DNA of 64,000 bases from an uncultured delta proteobacterium (GCA_963785235.1 CAWAUM010000005.1:64001-128000), one strand, 5' to 3'. Counted from the first letter of the stretch, positions 29,836 to 40,257 are shown. Notes: generated by a model not told the origin, from the letters alone. Numbers and translations: made by a program.

Positions 29836-30462
29836 TTATGCTTGCTTAACGATAATAGATTCAACTATGTGGGCAACGTCCTCACAGATATCAAGCACAT
29901 TCTCAGCGAACTGGTAGATTTCTTTCCACTTTATCAGAGATATGGGGTCAGTTGCGGTCTCGAACAGATTGGTCAGGAATTCGTCCCTCATGGTATCACC
30001 GACATTCTCGAGCCGGTTCACCTCAATGCAGTGTTTAAGTGTTGTCTCAGGGTGCTTGGTGTCCAGCAGGCCTTCCACTGCGCAGGCCAGTGCACGGACA
30101 GATTTCTCGATGATAGTGGAGAACTCCATGAGGTTTGAGTCTCTGTCTATTATCTTGTAAACCCTCATGCGGTTAGAGATGGTGTAGATCATATCAATGA
30201 CATCGTCCAGCGCACAAGCCAGGGAATGAATGTCCTCGCGGTCAAAGGGGGTGATGAAGGTCTTATTGAGGCGGCTCATGATATCATGGGCAACCTCATC
30301 CGCATTGTGTTCGATATCGCGCATCTTATGGACCGTATCAGTGTCAAAGGTCCCTTGTGCAGCCATCTCGGCAAACAGGACTGCGGCATCAACCGCATAT
30401 TGAGCCTGCTTGTTGAACAATACAAAGAAATTAGAATCCTTAGGGAGAAAGCTGAACCCCAT
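29836..30462 (-). CDS. DUF47 Pit accessory/regulator protein
   Basis: TFITPFDREDI, IKWKEIY; upstream of pit. Confidence 0.9.
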   Translation of the reverse strand: MGFSFLPKDSNFFVLFNKQAQYAVDAAVLFAEMAAQGTFDTDTVHKMRDIEHNADEVAHDIMSRLNKTFITPFDREDIHSLACALDDVIDMIYTISNRMRVYKIIDRDSNLMEFSTIIEKSVRALACAVEGLLDTKHPETTLKHCIEVNRLENVGDTMRDEFLTNLFETATDPISLIKWKEIYQFAENVLDICEDVAHIVESIIVKQA

Positions 30463-30608
30463 ATACTCCTCCATACCCTCATGAAAGTCGCTTATGTTGT
30501 GATGGAATTGTTTTATAAGGATTGCCCTGTTCAGTCAAGTATGGATGTCACATGGTAGCAGTTGATTTATCAAGGGTTACTCAGGTAAACCCATAGAGGT
30601 AAGTCTCA

Positions 30609-32321
30609 TTATTTTATAGGGAGAATAACGGTAAAGGTGCTGCCCGTGTATGGGGTGCTTGCCACCACGATAGACCCGGCGTGCAGGGTGGCAATATGTT
30701 TTGCAATGGAAAGTCCGAGCCCGGTGCCGCCCATACTCCTTGATCGTGATTTGTCCACCACGTAGAAACGTTCGAATACCCGTCCCAGGTCTTCTCTTGG
30801 TATCCCTATACCTGTATCTTTTACTGTGATGATGGCATTACGATCCCTTACCTCGGCATCCAGCGATATCTGTCCCTTTTCCGTGTACTTCAGGGCGTTG
30901 TCGATGAGGTTTGTGAGGAGCTGTTCAAGCTTGAATGGGTCCCCCATAATGGTGATGGGGCTGATATCGGCAGTTATATCAAGGCCCTTGGCCCTGATCC
31001 TTGGATCGTAGATAGCCAGCACATTGGCAATAAGCTCCTGCAGGTTTACCTCCTCCATGACGAGTTGCGGTTTTTCTTCAAGCTCGGAAAGGGTAAGCAG
31101 GTCATTCACCATGGCGATAAGCCTGTCCGTATGGCGTTTGATAATTCCGAGATATTCCTTTGACTTGGGATCAGCCTCATCCAGGAGTGTCTCGGTAAAA
31201 CCCTTGATGGCAGTGAGCGGGGTTCTGAGTTCATGTGAGACATTGACTACCAGGTCTTTTTTTACCCGTTCTATCAGCTTGGACTCTGTGATGTCATGCA
31301 GGAGCACGACCTTAGACTTCCTGGATGCAAGGGGTGTGATAATGCACAGGAAGGATTTGTCCGCAAGCTCCACCTCACCTGATATGGACCTTTCAGAACC
31401 CTCCTCAATCAAGGTGTTGAGCCTTGTTGATCTGAGCAGCTCCCAGTAATATCTTCCCAGTATCTTTTCAGCAGGCAGGAGCTTTTGGGCACCTGCATTG
31501 AATAGCCGGACCTTTCCTTCTTCATCGAGCACGAGCAGGCCTGCGGTCATGGATGATATGATACTCTCGAGCTCTTCATTGCGGCCGCTGAGTTCTGCAA
31601 AGGAATGTTCGAGCCTTTGCGTCATCTCGTTAAAGCTGTCGGTGAGGTGTCTCATCTCATCATCTGACTTGGGGGGAACCCTCACGGAGAGATCGCCCGA
31701 GGCAACCCTTCTTGCCGCCTTGCTTAGCTCCCGGATGGGTGTGGACAACAGGTGGGAGATGAGTGCTGCAATGACGAGTGAAATGACAATCACCAGGAGT
31801 GTCAGTTGGAGCACCCTTGTTCTAAGGGTCTTCAGCAGGTCGGTGACGTGTGTCAACGGAGTGCTCAGCCGGAGCACACCAATGATCTTTCCCCCTGTCT
31901 CGACAGGCATGGCCATATAGAGAAGGTCCTGCCAGAGCGTTGTGCTGTAACGGATGCTCCTGCCGACCTTTCCGGCAAGGGCCTGGACCACCTCAGGTCT
32001 GTCCAGGTGGTTTTCAAGGGTTAACGGGTCCTTATCCGAATCAGCCAGCACCTTTCCTGTGGTGTCAATCACCGTCACCCGGAGATCGAGCTCACTTCCG
32101 TACCGCTTTGCAAGGGTATTCAGGGCAGCCGTATTATTCCCTTTCAGAGGGGGTATTATCACCTGCTGCAGCGGTATGGCGATATTCTTCAGATTATCTT
32201 CCGTGGTCTGCTCATAATGCGACTTGACGATCTCATAGGTGAATGTGAGGATAAGGATTGCCATGGCGATCATGATCACCAGGTATCCCATGAGCATCTT
32301 GAAAAAGATGGATTTTCTCAT
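30609..32321 (-). CDS. phoR: Sensor histidine kinase PhoR
   Basis: TM-Cache-HAMP-PAS; NVSHELRTPLT; FERFYVVDKSRSR..GGTGLGL. Confidence 0.9.
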   Translation of the reverse strand: MRKSIFFKMLMGYLVIMIAMAILILTFTYEIVKSHYEQTTEDNLKNIAIPLQQVIIPPLKGNNTAALNTLAKRYGSELDLRVTVIDTTGKVLADSDKDPLTLENHLDRPEVVQALAGKVGRSIRYSTTLWQDLLYMAMPVETGGKIIGVLRLSTPLTHVTDLLKTLRTRVLQLTLLVIVISLVIAALISHLLSTPIRELSKAARRVASGDLSVRVPPKSDDEMRHLTDSFNEMTQRLEHSFAELSGRNEELESIISSMTAGLLVLDEEGKVRLFNAGAQKLLPAEKILGRYYWELLRSTRLNTLIEEGSERSISGEVELADKSFLCIITPLASRKSKVVLLHDITESKLIERVKKDLVVNVSHELRTPLTAIKGFTETLLDEADPKSKEYLGIIKRHTDRLIAMVNDLLTLSELEEKPQLVMEEVNLQELIANVLAIYDPRIRAKGLDITADISPITIMGDPFKLEQLLTNLIDNALKYTEKGQISLDAEVRDRNAIITVKDTGIGIPREDLGRVFERFYVVDKSRSRSMGGTGLGLSIAKHIATLHAGSIVVASTPYTGSTFTVILPIK

Positions 32322-32992
32322 ACCTGAACCTTATACCCCACACCCCGGATATTTTTCACAAGTTCGCCTGAAGTGCCAAGTTTGTCCCTGAGGTTCTTGA
32401 TATGGACATCCACGGTCCTGTCGATCACCGCCTTTTCGTTTCCCCACAGGTGGTCGAGTATGCGCTCTCTTGAAAAGACCTTTCCCGGGTTCTGTGCAAG
32501 CAGGTGGAGGATCTTGAACTCAACAGGGGTAAGGTTCACGGGTTGCTGGTCAATAATAACCTCAAATCTTTCAGGGTCAATGGTTATCTCGCCAATGAAT
32601 AATGTTCCATGCTTGGAGGTGGTGGTTCTCCTGAGAACGGCCTTGACGCGTGCAATGAGTTCCCGGGGTGAAAAAGGCTTTGTCAGGTAGTCGTCGGCGC
32701 CAAGCTCGAGTCCCTTCACCTTGTCAGACTCCTGGCCCTTGGCAGTAAGCATGATGACAGGAATGGAGGAGTATCTTGAATCATTTTTCATCATTTTGCA
32801 TAACTCGAATCCATCGAGATCAGGCAGCATGAGATCGAGGATGACAAGGTCAGGGATGCTTGCGGCAAGAAACTTAAGGAAGGAGGTTCCATTGAGAAAA
32901 CTATCTACGGAAAAACCGGCTTTTTTAAGATGTATGCTCAGCAGGTGGATGATATCAGGTTCGTCATCTACAACAGCTATACGGTTACCCAT
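32318..32992 (-). CDS. phoB: OmpR-family response regulator PhoB
   Basis: Receiver plus RTVDVHIKNLR wHTH; position in pho cluster. Confidence 0.88.
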   Translation of the reverse strand: MGNRIAVVDDEPDIIHLLSIHLKKAGFSVDSFLNGTSFLKFLAASIPDLVILDLMLPDLDGFELCKMMKNDSRYSSIPVIMLTAKGQESDKVKGLELGADDYLTKPFSPRELIARVKAVLRRTTTSKHGTLFIGEITIDPERFEVIIDQQPVNLTPVEFKILHLLAQNPGKVFSRERILDHLWGNEKAVIDRTVDVHIKNLRDKLGTSGELVKNIRGVGYKVQV

Positions 32993-33046
32993 AAACTATC
33001 ATCCTTCCTTCCATGACGATTTAAACTAATAATGATAGAGCGCTAT

Positions 33047-33073
33047 GTCAGATAATTGTTAAGAATCAATGAA
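33047..33073 (-). promoter_or_regulatory. Pho-box-like repeats upstream of phoB
   Basis: gtcag/gttaa/atgaa at 33047, 33058, 33069 (11-bp period). Confidence 0.6.
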
Positions 33074-33237
33074 GAGCGCATTTAAACCTCTATTATATCT
33101 CAGTTGGTTCTGTGCCTAAATGAGCATCAATATCCCTTTTATATCCTTTATTATAGGTTGAGACAATAGATCTGAACTGAATTTATACAGATTTAATCAC
33201 ATCCGGGTTTATTGCCCGCAGCTTGCTGCGGGGTGGT

Positions 33238-34710
33238 TCAAATTATGGAACTGAGCATTATAAAGTTTCTCTTTTTGTCTTCTTCCCAAATGCCTTTATA
33301 GAACCACTTCGGGAAGTTGAAGTACGAGGTGATGGACCGGGGAAGCAGGAGGGCGGCTTGCAGGAATGCCTCCAGGTCGGGGACGTTGTAGATATTGACA
33401 TCATAGCCCCAGTTCTGGAGCTGGGTGATAAGCCGCCTGCATTCGTTCGTGCTCCAGTTCACTGAGAACCGGTTGATGCCGCAGCGAGAGTACATAGAAA
33501 GGTACCTTCTGGCCTCGGTTGGAGATGACATGATCAGGTATGCCAGGGAGTCCACCGGGCACTGTTTGATTGAACCTGGGAAGGCGTCTAGTATTTTCTT
33601 GAATCCGCCAAGGTTCAGCCCGGTAAAGTTCCTGTTGATCCAGATCTGTTCATCGGTAAAGCCCAAATCTTTAAGTATAATGCTCACCCTCTCAAGAAGA
33701 CCGTCTTCCTTGATGTCGAGCTTTACCCCTTTGCCTGCATCCTTGAGAATGGACAGGAAGTATTCTAATTTGATTGGTTTCTCACCCGGGGCCTTTAACA
33801 CTTCAGAGAAGCTCTTTCTGCGGATAATAATTGAATCGTCATGAGGATATAATCGAACATGCATCTCCGCCCAGTTTACATTGGAGACAAGGAACTGGCG
33901 GAGTATGGATTCATCATCCACGCCGTGCCAGACAAACTCTATGTGTTTGGGTAACCCTTTTTTACTGATGAGCTCGGTGATGTCATACCTGCTTCCTGCA
34001 ACTGCACCAAGCGGGATATGGGCAGGTGCGGATTCGAAAATGGTGTCCGCATGCAGAAGGAGGATGTCGTGGGCAAGGTCGGTATCATTGATGGCCTTGA
34101 GGTTTGCCGGTTCATTATCGATCATGGCAACGATGCGGAAGCCCATGTCCTTGAAGGCCTGGAGACCTTCGACCTTTGATCCGGCAATATTGTTCCCGGG
34201 GTTCATGTGGAGCAGGTCAGATGAGAACTCAACTCGGTATTCAGCCCCAAGGGTATTGAGGACTTGAAGGGTTTCATGGCGCATATGTTCTGATCTTCCT
34301 GTGTTAAGACCGATGTAGGTACCGGGTTGAAGCTGGAACCACCTGATCACATCCAGGACCCCGTCGAAAGGGCGGTGTGATTGGAGTATGGCGTCAGGGG
34401 ACCAGAAGTTGAGAATGTACCATTCGATGATGTTCGTCTTGTCCGGCTCCGGTATTCCAAGATCATTCAAGAGATCCTCTATCTCGTTTTCGTGAATATG
34501 GATATCATCAGCGCCTAGAAACCTGAAATGCCTTGTCCTATGCTCTCTGTCATAGGCATGAAGGATCGAAACGATCATATACCGGGTATCGAGTATGGTT
34601 CCATCGATATCAAAAATGATCAGCAGCCTGTCTTCCGGGTAAGCATTGCGCATTGATTCATAGTGGAATGCTAGATCGCGCATCCAGCTTGTTGTTGTCT
34701 TTTTTTCCAT
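33238..34710 (-). CDS. HAD-family phosphatase fused to degenerate GDPD-like domain, copy 2
   Basis: FDIDGT, NTGR, IDNE; WHGVDD/WAEMHVR/GVKLDIK/VNIYNVPDLEAFL; paralog of 12111..13589. Confidence 0.7.
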   Translation of the reverse strand: MEKKTTTSWMRDLAFHYESMRNAYPEDRLLIIFDIDGTILDTRYMIVSILHAYDREHRTRHFRFLGADDIHIHENEIEDLLNDLGIPEPDKTNIIEWYILNFWSPDAILQSHRPFDGVLDVIRWFQLQPGTYIGLNTGRSEHMRHETLQVLNTLGAEYRVEFSSDLLHMNPGNNIAGSKVEGLQAFKDMGFRIVAMIDNEPANLKAINDTDLAHDILLLHADTIFESAPAHIPLGAVAGSRYDITELISKKGLPKHIEFVWHGVDDESILRQFLVSNVNWAEMHVRLYPHDDSIIIRRKSFSEVLKAPGEKPIKLEYFLSILKDAGKGVKLDIKEDGLLERVSIILKDLGFTDEQIWINRNFTGLNLGGFKKILDAFPGSIKQCPVDSLAYLIMSSPTEARRYLSMYSRCGINRFSVNWSTNECRRLITQLQNWGYDVNIYNVPDLEAFLQAALLLPRSITSYFNFPKWFYKGIWEEDKKRNFIMLSSII

Positions 34711-34758
34711 AATAACTCCTGTTCACGCTGTTCTTCTTGCTTAAAGAAGATCAGCAAT

Positions 34759-34947
34759 CTAGTACTGCATGCTGGTCCTTGGATTCCTCAACCCTTGCTG
34801 TCTCCGGCTTCTTGTGAAAAGTTGAAAGATTCTTTCACACAGGGAATTGTAACCATAGATGTTCCTTGTACGGAAAATGAGGATTATCTTAGAGGCGTAA
34901 ATTGATACTGTACTCATTACACAAAGGTTGTTGGAATTCTCTTTCAT
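34759..34947 (-). CDS. Small conserved peptide (62 aa), copy 2, RTRNIYGYNS motif
   Basis: GGAG RBS; core matches 11878..12078; same position upstream of the HAD-GDPD gene. Confidence 0.7.
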   Translation of the reverse strand: MKENSNNLCVMSTVSIYASKIILIFRTRNIYGYNSLCERIFQLFTRSRRQQGLRNPRTSMQY

Positions 34948-34991
34948 CCTTTTTTCTCCATTTTATTTTGCCAGCACTCTACGCCCTGATT

Positions 34992-35029
34992 ATGAATTAC
35001 AGATGAACAAAGGATGAATTTATCGTTAA
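34992..35029 (-). promoter_or_regulatory. Four tandem Pho-box-like half sites
   Basis: atgaa at 34992, 35003, 35014 and gttaa at 35025; same motif and period as upstream of pstS. Confidence 0.75.
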
Positions 35030-35104
35030 GTATCTCTTCATGAAAAATTAACAATTGTCTTGTATGTTGGCTTGAAAACTCTCATTTGCACTGGAGGTGC
35101 CTTC

Positions 35105-35545
35105 ATGGAAAAACCAAGAGTCCTCTTTCTCTGCACAGGGAACTCGGCCCGTAGCCAGATGGCAGAGGCATTCTTACATAAATACGCGTCGCATGCTTTT
35201 GAGGCTTACAGCGCCGGTCTCGAGCCCAAGGGCATACACCCTCTGACCGTTAAGGTGATGGAAGAAATTGGTATCGACATGAGCACACAGCGATCAAAGC
35301 CATTGAGTGAATACATGGGAAGGCTCCTGTTCGGATACCTTGTCACGGTGTGCGGCCATGCAGATGCTAACTGCCCGGCTGTTTTCCCCGGGGTAGGGCA
35401 GAGGCTTCACTGGGATTTCGAAGACCCCGCCGCCTTTGCGGGAACTGATGAAGAAAGGCTCATGAAATTCCGTCAGATCAGGGACCTCATACAGGACAGG
35501 GTCCTTGCATGGATCAGAGAACAGGGTGTTAAGCCCTCTGAGTGA
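35105..35545 (+). CDS. arsC: Arsenate reductase (thioredoxin-type, LMW-PTP fold)
   Basis: LFLCTGNSARSQMAEA, VTVCGHADANCP, HWDFEDP. Confidence 0.9.
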   Translation: MEKPRVLFLCTGNSARSQMAEAFLHKYASHAFEAYSAGLEPKGIHPLTVKVMEEIGIDMSTQRSKPLSEYMGRLLFGYLVTVCGHADANCPAVFPGVGQRLHWDFEDPAAFAGTDEERLMKFRQIRDLIQDRVLAWIREQGVKPSE

Positions 35546-35586
35546 TAGTCTAACCCGGACCTCACAAGCGGTTTCTTCCTTGAGGC

Positions 35587-36210
35587 TTATCCTTTATCGA
35601 GTACCTTCCGTACGGTTTCAGCCAGTAAACTCATTCTGAAGGGCTTCAGGATATAATCACGTATACCGATGCCTAAAGCCTTTTCCTCTGTGAAGGACTT
35701 ATTGTATCCGGTGCACATGATAATCGGGATGTCGTTACGAAGCTCAAGGATTTTTTGTGCCAACTTATCTCCAGGCATGACAGGCATGGTAATATCGGTA
35801 ATCACCAGATCAAATTCATCAGGGGTTTCCTGAAACAACTTAAGGGCCTCTATACTGCTTGTTGTGGCAATCACCTTATATCCTAGTATACTCAACATCT
35901 CTTTTTCCATATTCGCGATTACCTGCTCATCATCGATGACAAGAATCCGCTCGGTTCCGGTGGGGAGAGGTCTCTTCACGGTGAATTCACTTACCTGTGG
36001 CGCGATATTCATATCCGGTAGATATTCATGATCGGTAAAATTCCGGGTTGCAGCACCCGTCAACGTATCATCCGGGCTGGCACACCATTTGACCCAGTGA
36101 CACTTTCTTTTTATACAGGATAGTGGGCGATCACCGAACTCATCTTTCTTATCCTGTGACCTCTCTACCTTTTCTCTTTTGCTTTGCTGATTTGAGCTTG
36201 TATTTATCAT
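35587..36210 (-). CDS. Orphan response-regulator receiver protein with N-terminal extension
   Basis: GTERILVIDDE, ITDITMP, CTGY, LKPF; start uncertain. Confidence 0.75.
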   Translation of the reverse strand: MINTSSNQQSKREKVERSQDKKDEFGDRPLSCIKRKCHWVKWCASPDDTLTGAATRNFTDHEYLPDMNIAPQVSEFTVKRPLPTGTERILVIDDEQVIANMEKEMLSILGYKVIATTSSIEALKLFQETPDEFDLVITDITMPVMPGDKLAQKILELRNDIPIIMCTGYNKSFTEEKALGIGIRDYILKPFRMSLLAETVRKVLDKG

Positions 36211-36560
36211 GCAAGTTCCCCCCTTAAGGTATAGGGACTTCGACCAGTTTGTCCGCTCACCATCAGACGATATAACCTTGTTGATGACTTCTTTTGTTTG
36301 AAGTGCATCTCTGCATGAATCCCCACCCTTAAAAACGGTAGATTGTTTCTTAAGGAGAGTGATTCATAGTGATCCCTGTAATACCATTGCATGGTTTTAA
36401 GAGAGCAATAAATGGGCCAGATTGATATCAGACTATATAATCAGTTAGATACAAGAAGTTTAAGGTTCTATGAGTTAACATTGTTGTACATGGGTCTGCA
36501 TTTTTTGTAACCACATCGACGTATGAGAAAAAGTGGTTGCATACCATAAGGGCCAGGTAT

Positions 36561-37526
36561 CTAAGCGGCAAAATGATCGTACCCCTTTTTTACACCCTGC
36601 CTGCTGCCATCCTTGAGGATAGAGATGCCGGCTTCTTTCGGCAGGATCTCGCCTACAATCGTGAAGTCGGAAAATTCCTTTTGCAGGGCAGGGATATTAC
36701 CCTTTGAAATCGTGAACACCAGCTCAAAGTCCTCACCGCCGTACAGGGCGTATTCATGGGGATCGCCGGATATCATCAGTGCAGCCTCCATGGTGTCCTT
36801 GGAAAGGGGTATCTTCTCCCAGTTGATGCACGCCCCGGTACCGCTCTCCTCGCAGATATGTGTTACCTCGCTTCCCAGCCCGTCGCTCACGTCGATCATG
36901 GCATGGGCGTAACGGGCAATGGCCTTGCCTTCCCATTCCTGCCGGCATTGCGGTTCCAGGTGCCCTTTCAGGTAGCCGTCTCTCCTGTCGTTCAGGAGGA
37001 GCTTGAGACCTGCCTGGCTCTTGCCCAGGGTGCCGGTTACGCATATGAGGTCGCCCGGGACGGCATGTGAACGCAGGCGTACAAGACCCTTATCCACATC
37101 ACCCACAAGCGCCAGGTTGATCACCAGGTCACGGCCGTGGGTGGTGTCGCCGCCCACAAGGGCAACACCGTGTTTCCCGGCGGAATCGTACAGGCCGCGA
37201 TAGAATTCATCCATGAACTCCACATCGGTTGCCTGTGTCAGTGACAGCGATATAAAGGCCCAGCGCGGTGTTCCACCCATGGCAATGATGTCCGACACAT
37301 TCGACTCCATGAGTTTTTTGCCCACCTGGTAGGGCGTGTGCCATGTAAGGGAGAAGTGGTCGTTTTCCACCATCATGTCGACCGTAACCAGGAGGTATTT
37401 GTCAGCAGTATATTCCAGCACCGCACAATCATCTCCCACACCCTTGATAATGGCCGGGTCATTATACGAAAGGCTTGTGAGGCGCCTGATCAATGCGAAC
37501 TCGCCGCCGATATCCGCTATCTTCAT
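36561..37526 (-). CDS. thiL: Thiamine-monophosphate kinase
   Basis: GEFALI, GDDCA, NVSDIIAMGG, GGDT, DVSDG, GGEDFEL. Confidence 0.93.
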   Translation of the reverse strand: MKIADIGGEFALIRRLTSLSYNDPAIIKGVGDDCAVLEYTADKYLLVTVDMMVENDHFSLTWHTPYQVGKKLMESNVSDIIAMGGTPRWAFISLSLTQATDVEFMDEFYRGLYDSAGKHGVALVGGDTTHGRDLVINLALVGDVDKGLVRLRSHAVPGDLICVTGTLGKSQAGLKLLLNDRRDGYLKGHLEPQCRQEWEGKAIARYAHAMIDVSDGLGSEVTHICEESGTGACINWEKIPLSKDTMEAALMISGDPHEYALYGGEDFELVFTISKGNIPALQKEFSDFTIVGEILPKEAGISILKDGSRQGVKKGYDHFAA

Positions 37527-38794
37527 TTGTGGTAGTGCCCCCGGCATTCCTTGTTGATCTTGGCCGAGCAGAAATCGCCGCACATGGTGCAGACGTCTTC
37601 TCCTTCCTTGCCGGTCTCCTTCCTTATGGCGCGTGCCCTTTCCGGGTTCATAGAGATGTTGTACATGCTCTCCCAGTCCAGGTTGCTCCGTGCCCTTGAC
37701 ATGGCGTCGTCACGGTCGCGTGCGCCCGGTATACCGCGTGCGATATCCGCTGCATGTGCAGCGATCTTTGATGCAATCACCCCGTCGATGACATCCTGAA
37801 TGTCCGGGAGCCCCAGGTGCTCCTTGGGCGTGAGGTAGCACAGGAAGTCTGCGCCAAAGTAGGCTGCAAGTGCCCCGCCGATGGCGCCGGTGAGATGGTC
37901 ATACCCGGGCGAGCAGTCGGTCACCAGCGGGCCCAGAACATAGAAGGGTGCGCCGTTGCACAATTTTTTCTGCAGCTCGATGTTCTCTTTGATCATGTGG
38001 AGCGGCACGTGCCCCGGACCCTCGATCATGACCTGCACGCCCTTTGCCTGTGCCCGGGCAGCCAGCTCGCCCAGGGTCTTGAGCTCTGCGATCTGGGCCT
38101 TATCCGTGGCGTCGGCGAGACATCCGGGACGCAGACCGTCGCCGAGGCTGAGGACCACATCATGCTTCTTCGCCATATCAAGGATCTCGTCATAGCGGGT
38201 ATAGAGCGGGTTTTCCTTGTCATGATGGAGCATCCACTTGATGAGAAAGCTTCCCCCGCGTGATACTACGCCCATTATGCGTGATTTCAGCAGGGGAATG
38301 CACGTGTGCGTAATCCCGCAATGCACGGTAATGAAGTCCACACCGTCGGCGATATGCATCCGGATGGAATCCATGAAGTCATCTTCTGTAAGCAAGGCCA
38401 CATCAGGGCAGCGTACGATGGCCTCATATACGGGTACCGTGCCTATGGGCACCTTGGAGGAATTGATGATCATTGTGCGCATGGCATGGATATCACCGCC
38501 AGTGGAAAGGTCCATTACCGTATCTGCCCCGTACTTGACGGAAACAATGAGCTTCTCAAGTTCTTGAGACGGGTCGGCATTGAAGTTGGAAGTGCCGATA
38601 TTGGCGTTGATCTTAATCTTCAGGCCTTTGCCTATGGCAACGGGGACGCAGTCATGGAGCGCGCTCTTGAGGATCACGGTATTTCCGGCTGCAACATTAT
38701 CCCGGATTTCTTCTGCGCTTAACGGTTCATGCTCGGCCACTGAGCGCATCTCCTTGGAGACCTGTCCTTTTTTTGCATATTCAAGTTGTGTCAT
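37523..38794 (-). CDS. thiC: Phosphomethylpyrimidine synthase
   Basis: KINANIG, DTVMDLST, SLGDGLRPG, CTMCG; under TPP riboswitch. Confidence 0.93.
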   Translation of the reverse strand: MTQLEYAKKGQVSKEMRSVAEHEPLSAEEIRDNVAAGNTVILKSALHDCVPVAIGKGLKIKINANIGTSNFNADPSQELEKLIVSVKYGADTVMDLSTGGDIHAMRTMIINSSKVPIGTVPVYEAIVRCPDVALLTEDDFMDSIRMHIADGVDFITVHCGITHTCIPLLKSRIMGVVSRGGSFLIKWMLHHDKENPLYTRYDEILDMAKKHDVVLSLGDGLRPGCLADATDKAQIAELKTLGELAARAQAKGVQVMIEGPGHVPLHMIKENIELQKKLCNGAPFYVLGPLVTDCSPGYDHLTGAIGGALAAYFGADFLCYLTPKEHLGLPDIQDVIDGVIASKIAAHAADIARGIPGARDRDDAMSRARSNLDWESMYNISMNPERARAIRKETGKEGEDVCTMCGDFCSAKINKECRGHYHK

Positions 38795-39402
38795 AATCCG
38801 AACTCCTTTTGGAACTTTAGAATTTCTGCTCTCACATCCGGTTTGGCTACAACCGCGGATATGGCGCATGCCATATCCGCACCCGCCTCAATGACCAGTC
38901 CGATGTTCGAAAGGTCGATACCCCCGATGGCTACGATTGGCAAATCACAGGCATTCCGGATCGCCCTCAATCCTTCTACACCACATGGCTTCCCTGCGTC
39001 CAGTTTGGTGGCGGTAGTAAAGATGGGGCTCACCCCCAGGTAGTCTGCACCCAGGGCTTGGGCGGCTTTTGCCTCTTCAAGGGTATGCACGGTGACCCCG
39101 ATGATCTTGTCCATGCCCAGGAGCCTTCGGGCCACTTGATAAGGCATGTCTTCCTGACCGATGTGGACACCGTGGGCATCCACTGCCAGGGCAATGTCGA
39201 TACGGTCGTTGATGATGAGCCGGGTGGAGGTTCCCATGCAGATATTCTTTATGAGGAGGGCCTCGTCATACAGCGTTCGCGAAGCTGCTTCTTTGTTGCG
39301 GTACTGTATGATTCCCACATTGCAGGCAACCGCCTTTTCACAATCACTCTTCAACCCTGCGGTGCTTAAGCCGGTGTCGGTGATGAAGTAATAGCCCCTC
39401 AT
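38791..39402 (-). CDS. thiE: Thiamine-phosphate synthase
   Basis: QYRNK, IINDRID, GVHIGQED, VAIGGI; ATGA overlaps. Confidence 0.92.
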   Translation of the reverse strand: MRGYYFITDTGLSTAGLKSDCEKAVACNVGIIQYRNKEAASRTLYDEALLIKNICMGTSTRLIINDRIDIALAVDAHGVHIGQEDMPYQVARRLLGMDKIIGVTVHTLEEAKAAQALGADYLGVSPIFTTATKLDAGKPCGVEGLRAIRNACDLPIVAIGGIDLSNIGLVIEAGADMACAISAVVAKPDVRAEILKFQKEFGL

Positions 39403-40192
39403 TGCCCGACCTTCTGCATGGAAACTATGGTCATCTTCTGTCAATGTAAAGCAATAATCCAGGAGGTACTGCTTGAACGAGGCAGGCCCGAGGGCTTTTT
39501 TTGCAGCCAGTTCAGCAGCGATCTCAAAACAGCAAAGACCTGCTGCGGCAGCCGATGTCATGTCGCCGGGCGTTGCACCCACAAAGGTGCCCATGACGGA
39601 AGCGGCCATGCACCCGGTGCCCACCACGTGGGACATCATGTCCACACCGTTGCGGACAATATATGCCCTGTGTGCATCTGCAACGATATCCTCCTTGCCG
39701 GTGATCACCACGGTGCATTGCCTCAATGCAGCAAGTCCTGAGGCAATCCCTTTCAGGTCAGACCCTACGTGCCCGGCATCAACGCCCCTGGTGCACACGT
39801 CCAAACCCGCGATCCGTGCGATCTCCGAGCTGTTCCCTTTAATGACGCTTATGTGCGTATGATCCAGCAGCTCAAGGCATTTTCTTGTCCCTGAACGGGG
39901 TCGCTCCGGCGCCGCATACATCCAGCACTACCGGGATATTGCGGCTGTTTGCCGCACATGCCGCAAGCTTCATGCTCTCCATGAAATCGGCGGTGAGTGT
40001 GCCGATGTTCAGCACCAGGGCTGATGCAATACCTGACATATCTGCGACCTCTTCGGCGGCATGTGCCATGACCGGAGAGGCCCCGAAGGATTTGACCACC
40101 TGTGCGCAGTCATAGATGGTGACCCAGTTTGTAAGATGATGCACCACAGGGCTCTTCCGGCGGACAGCTTCAAGAAAGGAATACACATCCAT
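39399..40192 (-). CDS. thiM: Hydroxyethylthiazole kinase, with indels near 39880 and ~39428
   Basis: [21 protein letters not shown], then [12 protein letters not shown] in a shifted frame. Confidence 0.88.
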
Positions 40193-40257
40193 AAGTCTAT
40201 ACCCCATAATGTATTATAATTTATGCGGGAAGGATATTAGGGAGACTGATTTCTCAT

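Noticed and set aside
30480-30560. Pho box upstream of DUF47-pit
   Set aside because: Pentamer-like matches do not fall on an 11-bp period.
38791-39921. Apparent ThiM-ThiE fusion ORF (376 aa)
   Set aside because: Removing one base near 39428 gives ThiM a normal end (IVSMQKVGQ*) overlapping the thiE ATG as ATGA, like the rest of the operon. Most likely an indel artefact.
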